In this document: piece after piece, positions 24,958-37,920 of the stretch
Position numbering within the stretch: the stretch's first letter is position 1
Layout: each line of letters begins with the position of its first letter
Source: Chiloscyllium plagiosum
Lineage: Eukaryota
Direction of reading: 5' to 3'
DNA: 64,000 nucleotides
Assembly: GCF_004010195.1 (NCBI RefSeq)
Contig: NC_057711.1
Location: 79,394,866 to 79,458,865 of the forward strand
The notes under the pieces: model-generated
The model's input: only the letters and a program-made list of their open reading frames with translations
What the model was told of the DNA's origin: nothing
The model's database searches: none
Translations under genes and position numbers: made by a program

Positions 24958-27900
24958 GCTTTAATGCATTGATCAATAGAGGTAGAAGTGAAATGAGAGT
25001 CTTTTTGTGGAGTGAGTTGGATAATGATTTGGAATGCACTGCCTGAAACGGTGGTGAAAAATTATTTTCAAGAGGAATTTGATAAGGTGAATCCAGAAGA
25101 TCTTCGAATGTATTCTTTCTGACAAGGTCTGCAGCATATGAGGTGGGCTGTGGGTGAAGGCTTCAAACATTTAACGTTTCCATGTGGTGGGCTGTTCAAA
25201 ACACACACCTATCTGAACATCCACACACTCAACTTCTTTGACCTCATTTTCTCTCAAACTTTACTGGCCTGCTCTCTCAAAAATTACCTTCTCAATCTGT
25301 CTGCTTCAACTCCTCTACTTGCTCAAGATCACTGAACCTAGTGCTTATTTACCTCCCAATTCAATCTCTCTGCATTTCAACCAAATAGCATTCTTAACTC
25401 CAAACCTAAAATCTATTCCATAAATAATTTTGCACTTTTATCGGAACCTGGTGCCCTTTCCAAGATTTTTAGGGTGATTTTTCTTGGTGCATTAGAATAT
25501 CAGTTAATGGTAAACAACGGTGAGCAGTGGGACTTTTACTTAAGTCTGGGTTACAACTGAAGAAAACACTTTTAGGACCTTACAACTCGTGGAGGATATA
25601 ATTATTCACCTCGTCTCTGTAGGCTACATTCACATCTGGAAACTTCAAATGGAAGAATGTGTTTGTACCTGATGCCAATACTGGGTGTTGGATCACTCCG
25701 GGAAGCATTAAGGAAGCAAAATTAGAAATGACGAGGTGATAATAAATCTTGAGAAATATCGCGGAACAAAGAGATGCCATAAAGCAAGAGCTTCCCCTTT
25801 CACACCTAGACTTATTTACCTTTCTATTTTTAAACGAACTGTTAATTCAATACCCCTGCACGTTATGTTTCTCGTGTTAACGAATTTCGCAACGACCCCC
25901 GCACAATTTTTCACAATTACCTCAACACGAAGTGCAGAAACCATTGATTTTAAATATATTTCATTCTCAATCTTGATACTAGGAATAAGAGAATCCGGAA
26001 AACTAATTCATATCACATTATCTAAACTTAATGTTACATTATTCATTATATTTTTTGAACGCCGTTGATCCTATAATCTAAATTCATCTTGCATCCAGAA
26101 GTGCGAGGATAGTCAATTGGATAGAAATTCTCCAGTACTCGTAATCGACTCCAGAATTGTCCATGCAAAGGCAGCATGCACTACGACATGGACAGTACTG
26201 CTTCTAGTTCCATGTGAATTAAAAAAAAAGATCTTACCCTTTGCAGGTGACCGCCTCGGCTACCTGAAAAAAAAACCTGAAGGGAGTAGCATCATTGTCA
26301 TTGTTACTCAATTTCTCGGAGCTGAATTAAATGTAGCATTTGCCTCCTTATTTGCATATGCAAGGAACCTCACGCCCGTTTTAGGCAATCCTATCAGCTA
26401 TTTTGCTGCGTTCACAGCACCGGACGTAGTCGGAAGAGTCATTTTGAACTATTTTCCGCTTGTAAAAGGGGATATTAACAACTGATTTCAAATACTTATG
26501 AGTAGAATTGAGAGACCCCGTGCAAGAGATCCCAATACATAACTCCGAACTCTTTGCGAATAGTGTCTGGACCTATTTTAAAAGTACAGTTTTAATTGTG
26601 CCTTTAAACGGGGATGATGAATTTCTTCCGTCTTGTCGTCACAGTTTATAATGAAGAATTACAACTGGAATGAAATAGACACAGTTGCTGACGAGATTTA
26701 CACCTTTCAGCAATTAGAAAACCCGACAAGGACAGCGCAGATTTTAGGATTTCAGTTAATGTATTTCTTTACTGTGAACGTTCATTGGAAATCTTAATAT
26801 CCTCAATAATTAATGGCTTGCTGGTTATACAAAGACAAGAGTGAAAAACTGAATAGCCTTAACAAACCAATTTTACAATAATCTGGACTACCTACATTAA
26901 AACCAACTGGTCAGTCGGTGTAAAATTGACTGTGATAACGATCATTGTGTTTTAGTCACTTCTAAGTATCTACTGCTCTCAATGTAATTGCCAAATCTTA
27001 CACAACTCTCAACGATGCGTCTTCTATGTCATTCATTCAGAAGAGACCTTAAAAACATTGTGCTATATTTCGTGTTTGGAACATGGGGCAAGTTAAATTT
27101 CATGGGCACCATGGAGCATTCATTCCACCTATAATGTTGGCAGAAAGTCATAATATGTAAATCAAACATCTGAAAATTGACACGAACACAATTGCACTTT
27201 GTTTTAAATTCAGACTCCTCCTAGAATCATTCATTCAATCAAAAGATGGGCTGGTAAGAATGTAAACAGAAGATGGCAAGAACAAAAGGAAGCAATATCT
27301 CAACATAATATAGAAGCACTTTGTTGTCAAGGGAAGACTACTATGTTTTGGAATCTTCTGCTGAAAGGAAAAGTGTTACAATAAAAACTGTGTGAATGAC
27401 GAGAATACCACTCTATCGGCCCCTCTCCACTGCTACCAATATTGCCACCAAATCAATTTTTGGACTATACTAGAGAGCTCCAATTGGAGGAAAACTGAAT
27501 TAGCTGTTAAAGGATATTATTTCAGTGACATTATGTTTGCGCTCTTTTTAATTAAAACTCGAATCTAAGGCAACGATTTAGCCAGCGTCTTGTTTAGTGG
27601 TCACATATTACTTATTTGTTTTAGTTGTGTTATGAATGTCGGCCGCAATGATGGATCGAATTGCTAGAATTTTATAACGTCTCCATTTCCGCCTTCCAAA
27701 GAAACATTCACATTAGTAATCACATGCGCTTCCATACAGAAAGTAGCTAAGAAAAAAAAATCTGAAATTATCTGTTGGCTATCAACCATTTTCTTTCCAG
27801 AATCGCTCTGAGTAAAAATGAATCAATAAAGGCACTGTTTTCCTAAGGAAGAAGTGAAAGCATTAAATGTAGTTACATATAATTTTCGACGGGCTTGCTT

Positions 27901-28214
27901 TTGAATTGGGTTTTGTTATCCAGAGTTAAAACATGTCAAATTCAGGAGGTGCGAGCAAAGTGCTCCTCCATACCACCCACCTTCCTCCCCTTGCTCACCT
28001 TTACGGAGCCTTGGGGGTCCCCAACCCTCTCTGTAATGACAGATTGCTCCAGTATTTTGCAAAGAGACATTCGACCCTAATTAACCAACATTGCAGACAG
28101 CATTCGCATAGAATAGAGCACGAGAGGAAAACACTCTCATTTCACCTAACGCCGGCAGAGCCCACGTTACTTTGATTGACAGATGAACAAATGTTTCCTC
28201 TTTTTTCACCAACT

Positions 28215-29130
28215 TTCCGCTTGCGCTGGAGGGTGAAAAAAATCCTGAGCACCCGGCGAACGGCAACGCGCTCTGCGCCGCCAGGCGTCCGCCGTGCACA
28301 TTTTACCCACTCTCATTGGTCTGTTCACCAGCCCACCGTCACCGCCCCACGTGGGGATCACCAGCCGAGGCCGTTCGGCATTGGCCAACACTGGAGAATG
28401 GGAGGGCGTGACCAACGCCGTCCCGCGCGGCGATTGGTGGACGGTTTGATACAGACGCGCGACGGGGTGTGTGGTGGAAGCAGAGTCGCCGCTTGCCATT
28501 GGACCGCAGATCAAAACGGCAGCCGTCGGGGCAGGCATTGTGCCGCGCAGCTTCATGGGAGTTGTAGTTAGAGCGGCTCCGGTAGTCCGTAGTCTGCAGC
28601 CAGGAAGGAGAGGCAAGTAGACTACAGATCCCAGGGTCCATCTGTACACCTCTCCCCACCCCGAGTCTCTGGCTGCTCCGCTCGGCTCCGGGTGAAGTAT
28701 CGCATCTCCTATACCTCCTCTTTCCGTCGCTGAAGTGAAGTTGACCGGGGTGTGAATCTGTAAGAATGTTAATGACACGGCGCTTCTAAATTTGGTAAAC
28801 ACGAATCATTACTTCGGTCTGTTATCGGATGAAGAGCAGGGAAGAAGCTGCTGCTGTTGCTGCCGCCGCCACCACCGCCGCGGCCAGTCCGCCTGTCGCC
28901 CAGGCTCCTCGTCCCTCTGCCACGGCCAGTCTGGACTCACTGATGCTGTGAGGTCGCTTCGAGCCGCTGCCCCGCACAGCAGGATCCCGGATCGGAGGAA
29001 ATCTCCCGGAGAACCTGCAGTCCTCATCCCGATGCTCCACTTTTTTTTTCTGTTTGTTTCATTCGCTTTTTTGGGGGTCGGAGAGATCTAAAGAGAGGGA
29101 GAGATCCTCGCCTTCCACCGGATCGCCTAC
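28215..29130 (+). promoter_or_regulatory. CpG-island promoter and GC-rich 5' leader of the TLE gene
   Basis: Sharp rise in GC and CpG content. ATTGG boxes at 28315, 28380, 28433 and 28498. Palindrome CCCCACGTGGGG at 28345-28356. ACTACAnnTCCCA motifs at 28556-28568 (-) and 28621-28633 (+). The transcription start cannot be determined from sequence. Confidence 0.85.
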
Positions 29131-29221
29131 AACTTGGTGACTTTTTAAATTAAGGAACTTAAATGACACCAATTCTGACCTGATCGACCGAGAAGGCTTT
29201 TGGTGCAAAAATCCCAGCGAG

Positions 29222-29245
29222 ATGTATCCTCAAGCCAGACATCCC
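29222..29245 (+). CDS. TLE4: TLE4-like co-repressor, coding exon 1 (MYPQARHP)
   Basis: ATG at 29222, donor GTAAGT at 29246. An in-frame stop at 29138-29140 has no intervening ATG. Confidence 0.9.
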
Positions 29246-29516
29246 GTAAGTGTGTTTGTGTGTTGCATGTTGTTTTTGTATGTTTTGTTTTATCTCCCTC
29301 CTCTTCCCCAAACATCACACACGGACAATCACAACGCGAGCTTTAGATTTCTCTCAACACGCCTTTAATTATAGTCTTTCAGTAAATATTTGGAGACGTG
29401 CAAGGTGCAGTGTTTCCGTTCGCTTTGTCAATAACGTGAAGGAATAGCAATTTGATGGGATTGGCGGACGACTTGTCTCGGTACTGATGCTGGTTTTTCT
29501 CACCTCTTATTTCTAG

Positions 29517-29614
29517 GCGCCTCACCAGCCCGCACAGCCCTTTAAATTCACCATCTCCGAATCGTGTGATCGCATCAAAGAAGAATTTCAGTTTTTGCAG
29601 GCGCAGTATCACAG
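29517..29614 (+). CDS. TLE4: TLE4-like coding exon 2 ([32 protein letters not shown], 98 nt)
   Basis: Pyrimidine tract and AG acceptor, GT donor at 29615. [14 protein letters not shown] matches TLE4 as recalled, rather than TLE1 (AAGQPFKFTIPESLD) or TLE3 (PGQPGFKFTVAESCD). Confidence 0.93.
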
Positions 29615-30917
29615 GTAGATAGAATAGCTTTTCATGTAAAGAAAACCTCGCAACATTAGTGTTTCTGGAAGTACAAGTCAAGTGTAGTTATACGAATGGA
29701 GTAAGGGTATTAAAAACCTTTCTCGGTTTTTAAACCTACTCCTTTTCTCAGCGTCTTCCTTTTGCACGGGTAGGGTTATGGTGTACTGTATACTGTCTAC
29801 GCGTGGAGAATTGCATGTAAGCTTCTATTTCCTCCCATTTAATCGTCTGAGGGGAAATGTTCTCGAGGTTGCTGCTGTTTGGATGGTGCATGAGTGCAAA
29901 GCTGGCACTATTTCTCATGTTGAAAATGAAATGAAGACGGATTTTTAACATCAATGCAATGGGGTACGGAGGTGACTTGCTTCAACCGAGCCGTTGCATT
30001 CTGTTGAATTTCTTCTAAAACGTTTCTTCCTACCAGCGTGAAAACAAGTGATTCGAATTGCTGTGAGGGACTTCGAGCGCGGGTCATCTCTGCCCTCCAT
30101 ACACTCAATGTTTCGATATTATTTTTAGATCTGTGTTCTGATTTCCTTTTATTTCGCGTTCACATTTTCTCATTCGTGTGATGTGACGGTGAAAAAGCAA
30201 TAACCTCTGAAACTGCTCTTCATTCGCCTGACATGTCGAGGCTACAAAGTGTGAAACAATCGCATCTCTTATTATTGTAACGCCCCCAAAGCTGCATTAA
30301 AACACTGTTCGGTGCAGCTCGGCAGATCTGCAACTTCGATCATTGTTTTTAAATATATAGCATCACTTTTTAAAATCGCTTTTCGTTAGATATTATTTCA
30401 AACTTTTTGAGATACTGCACATTTTCTGTTTTTAAATGTAGCGATCCTGTTTTGTTGTTGCAGAAAGTATAAACTTTGTAAATCACACAATTTGGCACTG
30501 TTGGTAGTGGACCAAGTATTGCTCTCCTCAGAATCCCTGTATTTTGTACCAGTTCAGTTGGTATTTTTAATCGCTAAGTAATGGTTTCCTTTTCTGTTCT
30601 AATGAATTGAGTCTATTGAAAGAAATAACGTTGACGCACTTGTCATGTTTGCATGTGTCAGGTTTGGGATTCTACTTGTACTTATTAAAATCAATCTTAA
30701 AATACATGCTGTCACATTTTGGCATGTACACAGAGTTGGCATCATAAATCATTTCTGGAACAACAAAACGCGGTACAGCATTAATTAAGTGCACCCTGTC
30801 TTCGTAAGCCAACGCTTCCAATCGTAAGGGTAACAACGTTTACGCAAAGTGTAGCCGGCAGCGCGGTCTATGAAATGTCCAGATAGCGTCTTGAACAATT
30901 TTTCTTTATTTAAACAG

Positions 30918-30981
30918 TTTGAAATTGGAATGTGAAAAGCTAGCCAGTGAAAAGACCGAAATGCAACGCCATTATGTCATG
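30918..30981 (+). CDS. TLE4: TLE4-like coding exon 3 ([22 protein letters not shown], 64 nt)
   Basis: CAG acceptor and GTAAGT donor. Phase 2 joins exon 2 correctly. Groucho Q-domain sequence. Confidence 0.95.
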
Positions 30982-31111
30982 GTAAGTTTAAACTTGACTT
31001 GTGTTTTTGTAATGGCAGATGTTGATAATTCACCATATTTATCAATTTTCGTGATTGTGAATGCTAAAATCAAGGTGCGTTTACCAGCTATATCTTCTGT
31101 TCCATTCCCAG

Positions 31112-31156
31112 TATTATGAAATGTCTTATGGACTGAATATAGAAATGCACAAACAG
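31112..31156 (+). CDS. TLE4: TLE4-like coding exon 4 ([15 protein letters not shown], 45 nt)
   Basis: TTCCCAG acceptor and GTAAGA donor. Highly conserved Groucho Q-domain peptide. Missed by the ORF track. Confidence 0.95.
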
Positions 31157-34100
31157 GTAAGAGTCTTTCACTTTCAATAAATATTTGGAGGATGTAGTTG
31201 TTATTTGAAAATGTAATGTTGGGCAATTGAAGTAGATTTATGCAAATGTGATTATAAGATTTTGAAGAGGAGTAATTGAGAGTTCAATGCTGAAAACGGC
31301 AGAAACTTTACAGGATTAGTCAACTCCTTAAGGAGTTGTACATTATATAGTTCCACCTGACTCTTTGTTTAACAAACCAAAATTATGATAGTTGAACATA
31401 TCTTGTTACTGAAGTTTATTCCACAAGATGTGTACATATTATGTTTTGAATAGCAGCTAGAATCACTTTTGATCAACATCTTCAGCATGAAAATAACTTC
31501 TAACATTACAATTATCAAACCAAGATTTCCTCCCTGTCTATTGAGAATCAGGAGGTTTCAAATGAAAATATTGTTGCAGAAATTTGTAAGACTGCGATGG
31601 TATCAAAATGTTCCAGTTCAGGACTTTTTTGTTTACACTGACTTTTTTAACACCTATTTCAACAATGATACTTAACTATCCAGAATTTCACATAGAATAA
31701 GTGACACCATGTATTGTATTACTTGAAATTGAGCTCCAGAATCTAAGTGTTGATCACAATATCATATCCTTTGACATGATTTTAAAAACACTCATTGATT
31801 GTTTGCCTGTGTTTGGAGTAATAAATCTTTCACACTTTGGCAGAGCACTGATGTACTGTCCTTGTCAGCATGATTGATAATTCCACTCTGAGTCACAGGA
31901 ACAGGTGTGTAAATCAAGCAAAGAAAGGTATCTTTTGTGTAACTCCATTTAAGATGTTTCTGTACAAAAAAAGGGATATCCTGCTTGTGAAATGCAATTT
32001 CTTACCACTTGTAAAATGATTTGCATAATTCCCCCATCACCTTTGAGAGATCTTCTGTGGATTATTGCTTAAAGTGGGATGCTTGGTGTAGATTGGTTCT
32101 ATGTGACTCTGTCCTTACCATGTATTTGTAAATAAAGCCAACTATGTGTTTTGGGGAAAGCTGAAAATGTCTAGAGGATGATGCTTTTGTGGTAGGGAAA
32201 TATAGCAGGTTTGTTGCTTTGTGAGTAAGGAACTGGATAATGTTGTACTATCTCACAGATGCACAAATTATCTTATTTGCTTCTTTCAAAACTTATTTCA
32301 TAAGGATGAGTTTTGACGAGCGTGTCTGCAAAATTACCTGAATACGCTGTAAAACTGAATGGTAATGAATTTTAAAATATATGGAATAATCTGTTTTGTG
32401 ACTTTGTTTAATACAATATATGAAGGGTGACTGTGTAAATCAATACCGACGCTCTTTAAACATTTTTAAATGGCCACCATTTATTCTTTTAGATATCGTG
32501 AGCAGGAAGTGGAAAATATAGATCAACGAAGGAGCAGAGTAATTTGATAGCTTTTCAGAATGCATTGTCATCTAGGAGAAGGCATCATTAGAATAAGACC
32601 CCTTCTGCTGGTCCCTTGACAACACTTGGATTATGGTCTAATCAGGAAATATTGGCGCTTAGTTTCAAAAATCGTACAGCAAATGAGCCTTGATAAGGGG
32701 CAGTAATGAGGATCAAATTGGTGCTTCTTGCATACTGGTCATTAGTTCAGGTTAAAGAACACCTTTTTAACTTGGGGGAAATTGAGCAGTTTACAGCTGA
32801 TGAATCCCCATGTGAGGAAGTAAATGAGTTTTGAGAAGTCCACCTTGCATTCTCTTGAGTATAATTTTTAAAAAGACATCTGCTTTGATTGTCTAAGGAG
32901 AGGGTAAGCGGGCTTGTATTTAAATGAGAGCATGGTGGGTATATGAGGGGCTTTGAATGAAGCATTTTATTTAAAACATAACATATTGATAGTTTAAAGA
33001 TATAAAGACAATTTCCATTTTAGATTTAATATTAGTTTTGGTATTCACATGTAGGAGCTGAAGTTAGAATGTAGGTATCTATTATTTTATAGTGAGATTG
33101 ATTTTTATACTGAGGTGGGATGAGCATGCAGTTCCCTATCCAGTTCTGATATTGTTATGAAACTAATTTATTAGACAGCTAGTTTTTTTAATTTTTCTCT
33201 TAAAGACTAGGAGTCCTATGAAATAGTAAAATTAAATGGAAAGAGAAGTTTGGAGATGCGCAAATATCTTATTCTTGGAAATAACTCTGAGATCAAAAGG
33301 ATTATTGTAGACAATTTATTCCTGTATTTGCCACATGCAAGAGTCAAATAGGCAGGCTTAATCTTTATTTGTTTGCACGCTCTTTAAGGGGAAAATAATA
33401 GCTTGTTTCAAGGCTTAGCCATGAGAAGTAGTTTTATTTTAAGTGAGATAGAATGTTAATGCGAATTAAAGAAGATTAAACAATTGCAGCTTTTTAAAAT
33501 AATGTACACAATAAGATTGTAACACAGCTTATAAAGCTAGTGAACCACTGTATCCGTAGCTTGTGCAAATTACCCAGATATATTTGCACTGTAGCATAAT
33601 TGGGAAATGTCCACTCTGCTTCCAAACAGCCATTGCTTTGTCGAACATGAAATGCAGACAGTCAAACAACGATGATGTCACTGAATTGGTGTCGTATTAT
33701 CTACTTATGTAATTTAAAATTTATGCCCTCAGTGGTTCATGTGATCTTTTTCACCACTGAGTTTGTGAACTAATTGAAATATGCAGTATTGTTTAGGGTT
33801 TGCCTATTTAAAATATGTAGTAATTCAAAGGATTTATATTTATAAAAATGTGATTTGTGCATCTTATTCATTTAATCCATGTCCTTCATTTGTGTAATTC
33901 AATTCTGAAAAGAAAAGTTTATGTATCTTTTAATTACCATTTTATTTGCTCTTTGTGCAACGAGCAGAAATGCTGGTGGCTTCCAGTTCCTTAATATACT
34001 GTGATTTTGGATATTTTAAAACCTCTCTCTCACTTCCATGACCTTCAGGAACAAAGGATTTTTTTTTTGAATAAAAAGGTTTTCCTGATCAGGTGTATAT

Positions 34101-37100
34101 ATTCATAACAAACAGCTTGTCAGAAAATTGTATCTGTATATACACATGCATATGTATATACATGCACACAGTGGAAATCTTTCAAGCCATTATTTAAGTT
34201 CTGATTTTATTCCAACCTTTCAGCAAAACATTATGTATTATGTACCAGATATTTTCAATAAGGTCTCCTTTATTGGGAAATGGACAATATTTCAGCTGCA
34301 TTGATCTGTTTTGCATTTGTACCTTGTTCTTGAAATCAGTATGGACTAATTCACTTAAGAGCACTGGAATTCCAGGGTGACATTCTTGCGTTCTAAATGT
34401 AGCACAGTATTTGGTAATGTGTGTATTTTGGATGTATAAATTATTGTTCCCCACCATCCACTTTAAAGATTCAGTTTATGTTGTCTGAGCCTAATTATAT
34501 TAGCATATAGCATGATGGTTGTAATGGTATTATGATGGGATTAGCAAATATCAGGAATAATGCTTTTGCACCAGTCACACCCTAATGTTGATTTTGTCCT
34601 TAAATTTTATTCTGCATTCTGTTTTGGTCCTCATTCATTTTACACTTCCTTTAGCAGAAATGATTGAAGTGAAGTATTTAAGAATATATTCCTTCTGAGA
34701 GAATTGCACCATTACTTGAGTTTTGCTTTGTTCTTAGTAATGCGTTATCAAGGATTTTGTTTTGCATTTAATTTATTGAAAACTGTGGGAAATATTTCAA
34801 CATAGTATTCATCCAAATTCTGCCAATTTCAGATTGTCATATGCATGCTAAAAGTAACTTCTGATTTTTAAAAGTAGTATAGTTTTATATTTAACCATAG
34901 TACGTTTTACTGCAACTGATTGAACAATTGCTACCAGTTGTGGTATTGTAATGAGATATTGAGCTATGGCAACGATGTAAGGTCCTGAATTTATCCAGAA
35001 TGTAAGCTGAAATACCACAAATTCTGAAACCTGTTTTAAATATTTTAAATGGTATACGCTTGTTAAAGTAGGTAACTAATGCTAATATTATAAATATATA
35101 AATAATATTTAAAGAGATAAGAGATTTAAAGTTATTTTAAACATTTTCTCTCTGATACACCTCTTTTAAATCTAAATAACTAAGATGTCAGGTTTTTTCC
35201 TATTGTTAAATTCAAGGCTTATAGCTATTCTGTTTGAAGATGATCTGGATATATTTTTGTTGTCATTCAAATTTCAAGCCTCATTTTTACTTCTTAGAAA
35301 ACTTGCAGTGATAGTTAATACTTAAGTGTAAATCTTCATGTGCTTAAATTAACTTCTGGATTTTATATAATCAATATGTTGGTGATCTGCATTCTGTTTT
35401 AGTATTTCATATGCTACATGATGAATTGCATCTTCAGTATTAATGTTAGTATTAAAGCATAGAAGACGAAGATTCAGAATGCAACTGATCTAGGGAATTT
35501 AATTGAACCTGCCAGCAGTCTAAGAGTTAGTCTCTGATTTTATGGTAAATTTCTGTACTTGTCTTTATACAACAGGAATCTACATCAGATTTCTTATAAT
35601 CACACTTTAAAACATCTAGAATTATGATTTTCTACCGATCAATTTATAATAAAGCTAATTTTAACAATGTTCAGTTTTTGTTAAGGTTAAAACTATTAAT
35701 CTGTATGTATCTCAATGTTATGCATGACAGAGTACACAGAATAGCACTGAAAATGATTATGGCTAATCTAATCTGGGGGTTCAGATGACATCATAAGCAG
35801 TAAGAGTGCTGATTAAGTGGTTTGTAACAGTTACCTGAGCCACAGTATTCAATTTCAACTTTGCAGTTGCTCTTATGTATACAATAACTAATTTGAGTTG
35901 AAAATTTGTATTCCTGTCAACTGAAGTGCTGATGCAATTGTCTACTTCATGTTTGTGAATAATTATTTTCACTCTAAAAATTACTCTGAATTTGGTGCAT
36001 TGTTAAACTGGTCTGTTTTGGAAGGAACTGTATATGTGGACTAGAAAGCTAAGGATATAAAGGAGACAGTACAAGGGTGATGACAGCTTGTTTTCTTCGC
36101 AGCCCTTTATTGTTTCCACTTGATATCAATCAGAAGCTTTCTGTTCTAAGGATTTTTGGCAGAGTAAACCTCTAGTGTGAGCAATGTACAATAAAAAATG
36201 TGATTGTTGTTCAAAACAATTAAATACAAATTTAAGGGCTCGGCCCATTGATTGAATCTCAAAATCATAACTGCAGTAGTCGATCGGAAATGATGATAAA
36301 TAACATTAGAAACCTTTTAGTGAAGTACAGTGACTACAAGGAGGAGAGGAATATAGATTTGCATTATATCCGATACCCTCCAGCACCAAGTGGATTGTCA
36401 ATACTGCTTGTTTAGCATTTTCTAAGGGCAATAGTAGTATTGATTTCTGGCTTACAAGCGACGGCTCTATTTTCACTACTGAGAAGTATTGCAGGTTGTT
36501 AAGAAGAAATTGACTTGAAGAGGCTTGACTGCTGCCCATCATGAAGCAAATAAAGCAAAACTGCTGAAGCATGGCGGAGCAGCGAGACAGGGGCTCTCAG
36601 CAATTTGTTGCTATTAATTTACCATGGTCGACAGCAAATCAATTGGCGTCTACTTCATCTGTTCGAGAATATGCTGTCCGGAGCAGATAAAAAGCCATGT
36701 GTGGCAACAAGAATAGACTATTTGCTGGATAGAGGATGAAAGTAATGTGCAAATAAGTGAATTCAAGGCTTCAGAGCATCTTTTTAAGTGAGTAAAGTTT
36801 TAATGCAATGTATTCTTAAGGACTCAATAAGACATTTATTGACTTGTACTGAGTAACAAGTGGGTTCTATTTTATTTCTGATCAATTCTATTTTAATTGA
36901 AAGAAGATGTTTTGTAAGTTTGTATTTTAGTCCAATTGCCTTTGCATTCTCTTTTTAAGCTATTTGAGATTTTTTGACAGGCATTCAATGTACAATAGCT
37001 TGTAAATAGTACAGATATCAATTTGTTATAGAATGGTCTTATCCGATTAATTGGTGCTTTGGGAGTTTGACCATGTAGGTGTGATTTTAAAGGGACAATA

Positions 37101-37723
37101 CAGTAGTGTAGTTAAATTTTAATATGACTTTAACAAACCAGTTGTCTAAAAGAGTAGGTATTAGATTGCAACATTCAATCCTAAAATAAGCCTATTGAAT
37201 CAAAAGAAACACCAGCTCAAGATTTTTAATGGCCCTTTGCACTATTGGATTCTGTCCACTAATGGTTGTAATGAATGTTGCAGCATTTTCTACAGCCAAA
37301 TAGGGGCCTTGCGTTGATTTTATGCACTCAGCTATGTCTAATGTTGTAATTGACTCTGTCCCTTATTCCAGCGTGTTTCCAAATAGAACTGTTATAATGT
37401 CAATTTCTATTACTATCAGTGTTGAATATTGAAACTATGCATAATAGGATTACTTCTCAGAGTTTGCATTCAGGATGGTGAGAGTTTAAGCATCATCAGT
37501 GAAAGTAGAAACATGTCTAATACAACTCAAATGGAGGCCATTTGACCCAACATGATTGTACCTTCAAAAGAACCACCAAGTCAGCTAGCCTCACACCCCT
37601 GTTCATTCTCCAGATTCCAGCATTTTCTTTTTCTTTTCAAGCTCTTTTCATTTTTAATTACCCAATTTCTCTTAAAGTAATCATTAAATCATTTTCTATA
37701 GCCTTTTCTTGCAGTGCATTCCA

Positions 37724-37920
37724 GAATCATAGAATCCCTACAGTATGGAAGCAGGCCATTCGGCCCACTGAGTCCACACCAACCCTCCGAAGGGCATCCC
37801 ATGCAGATCCAGCCCGGACACCTCTCATGGCAAACATGGGGAGAATATGCAAACTCCACACAGACAGTCATCCCAAGGATGGAATTGAACCTGGTGCTGT
37901 AAGACAGCAGTGCAAACTAC
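37724..37920 (-). mobile_element. Partial, internally deleted V-SINE
   Basis: Similar to 53050-53367 (GGAAGCAGGCCATTCGGCCC...GCAAACTCCACACAGACAG). Confidence 0.75.

Noticed and set aside
28176..29091. Overlapping 70-200 aa ORFs on both strands in the CpG island
   Set aside because: Expected from stop-codon scarcity in GC-rich DNA. No recognisable protein similarity.
30919..31119. 66 aa ORF as a stand-alone gene
   Set aside because: Only 30918-30981 is exon 3. The remainder is read-through into intron 3 past a canonical donor.
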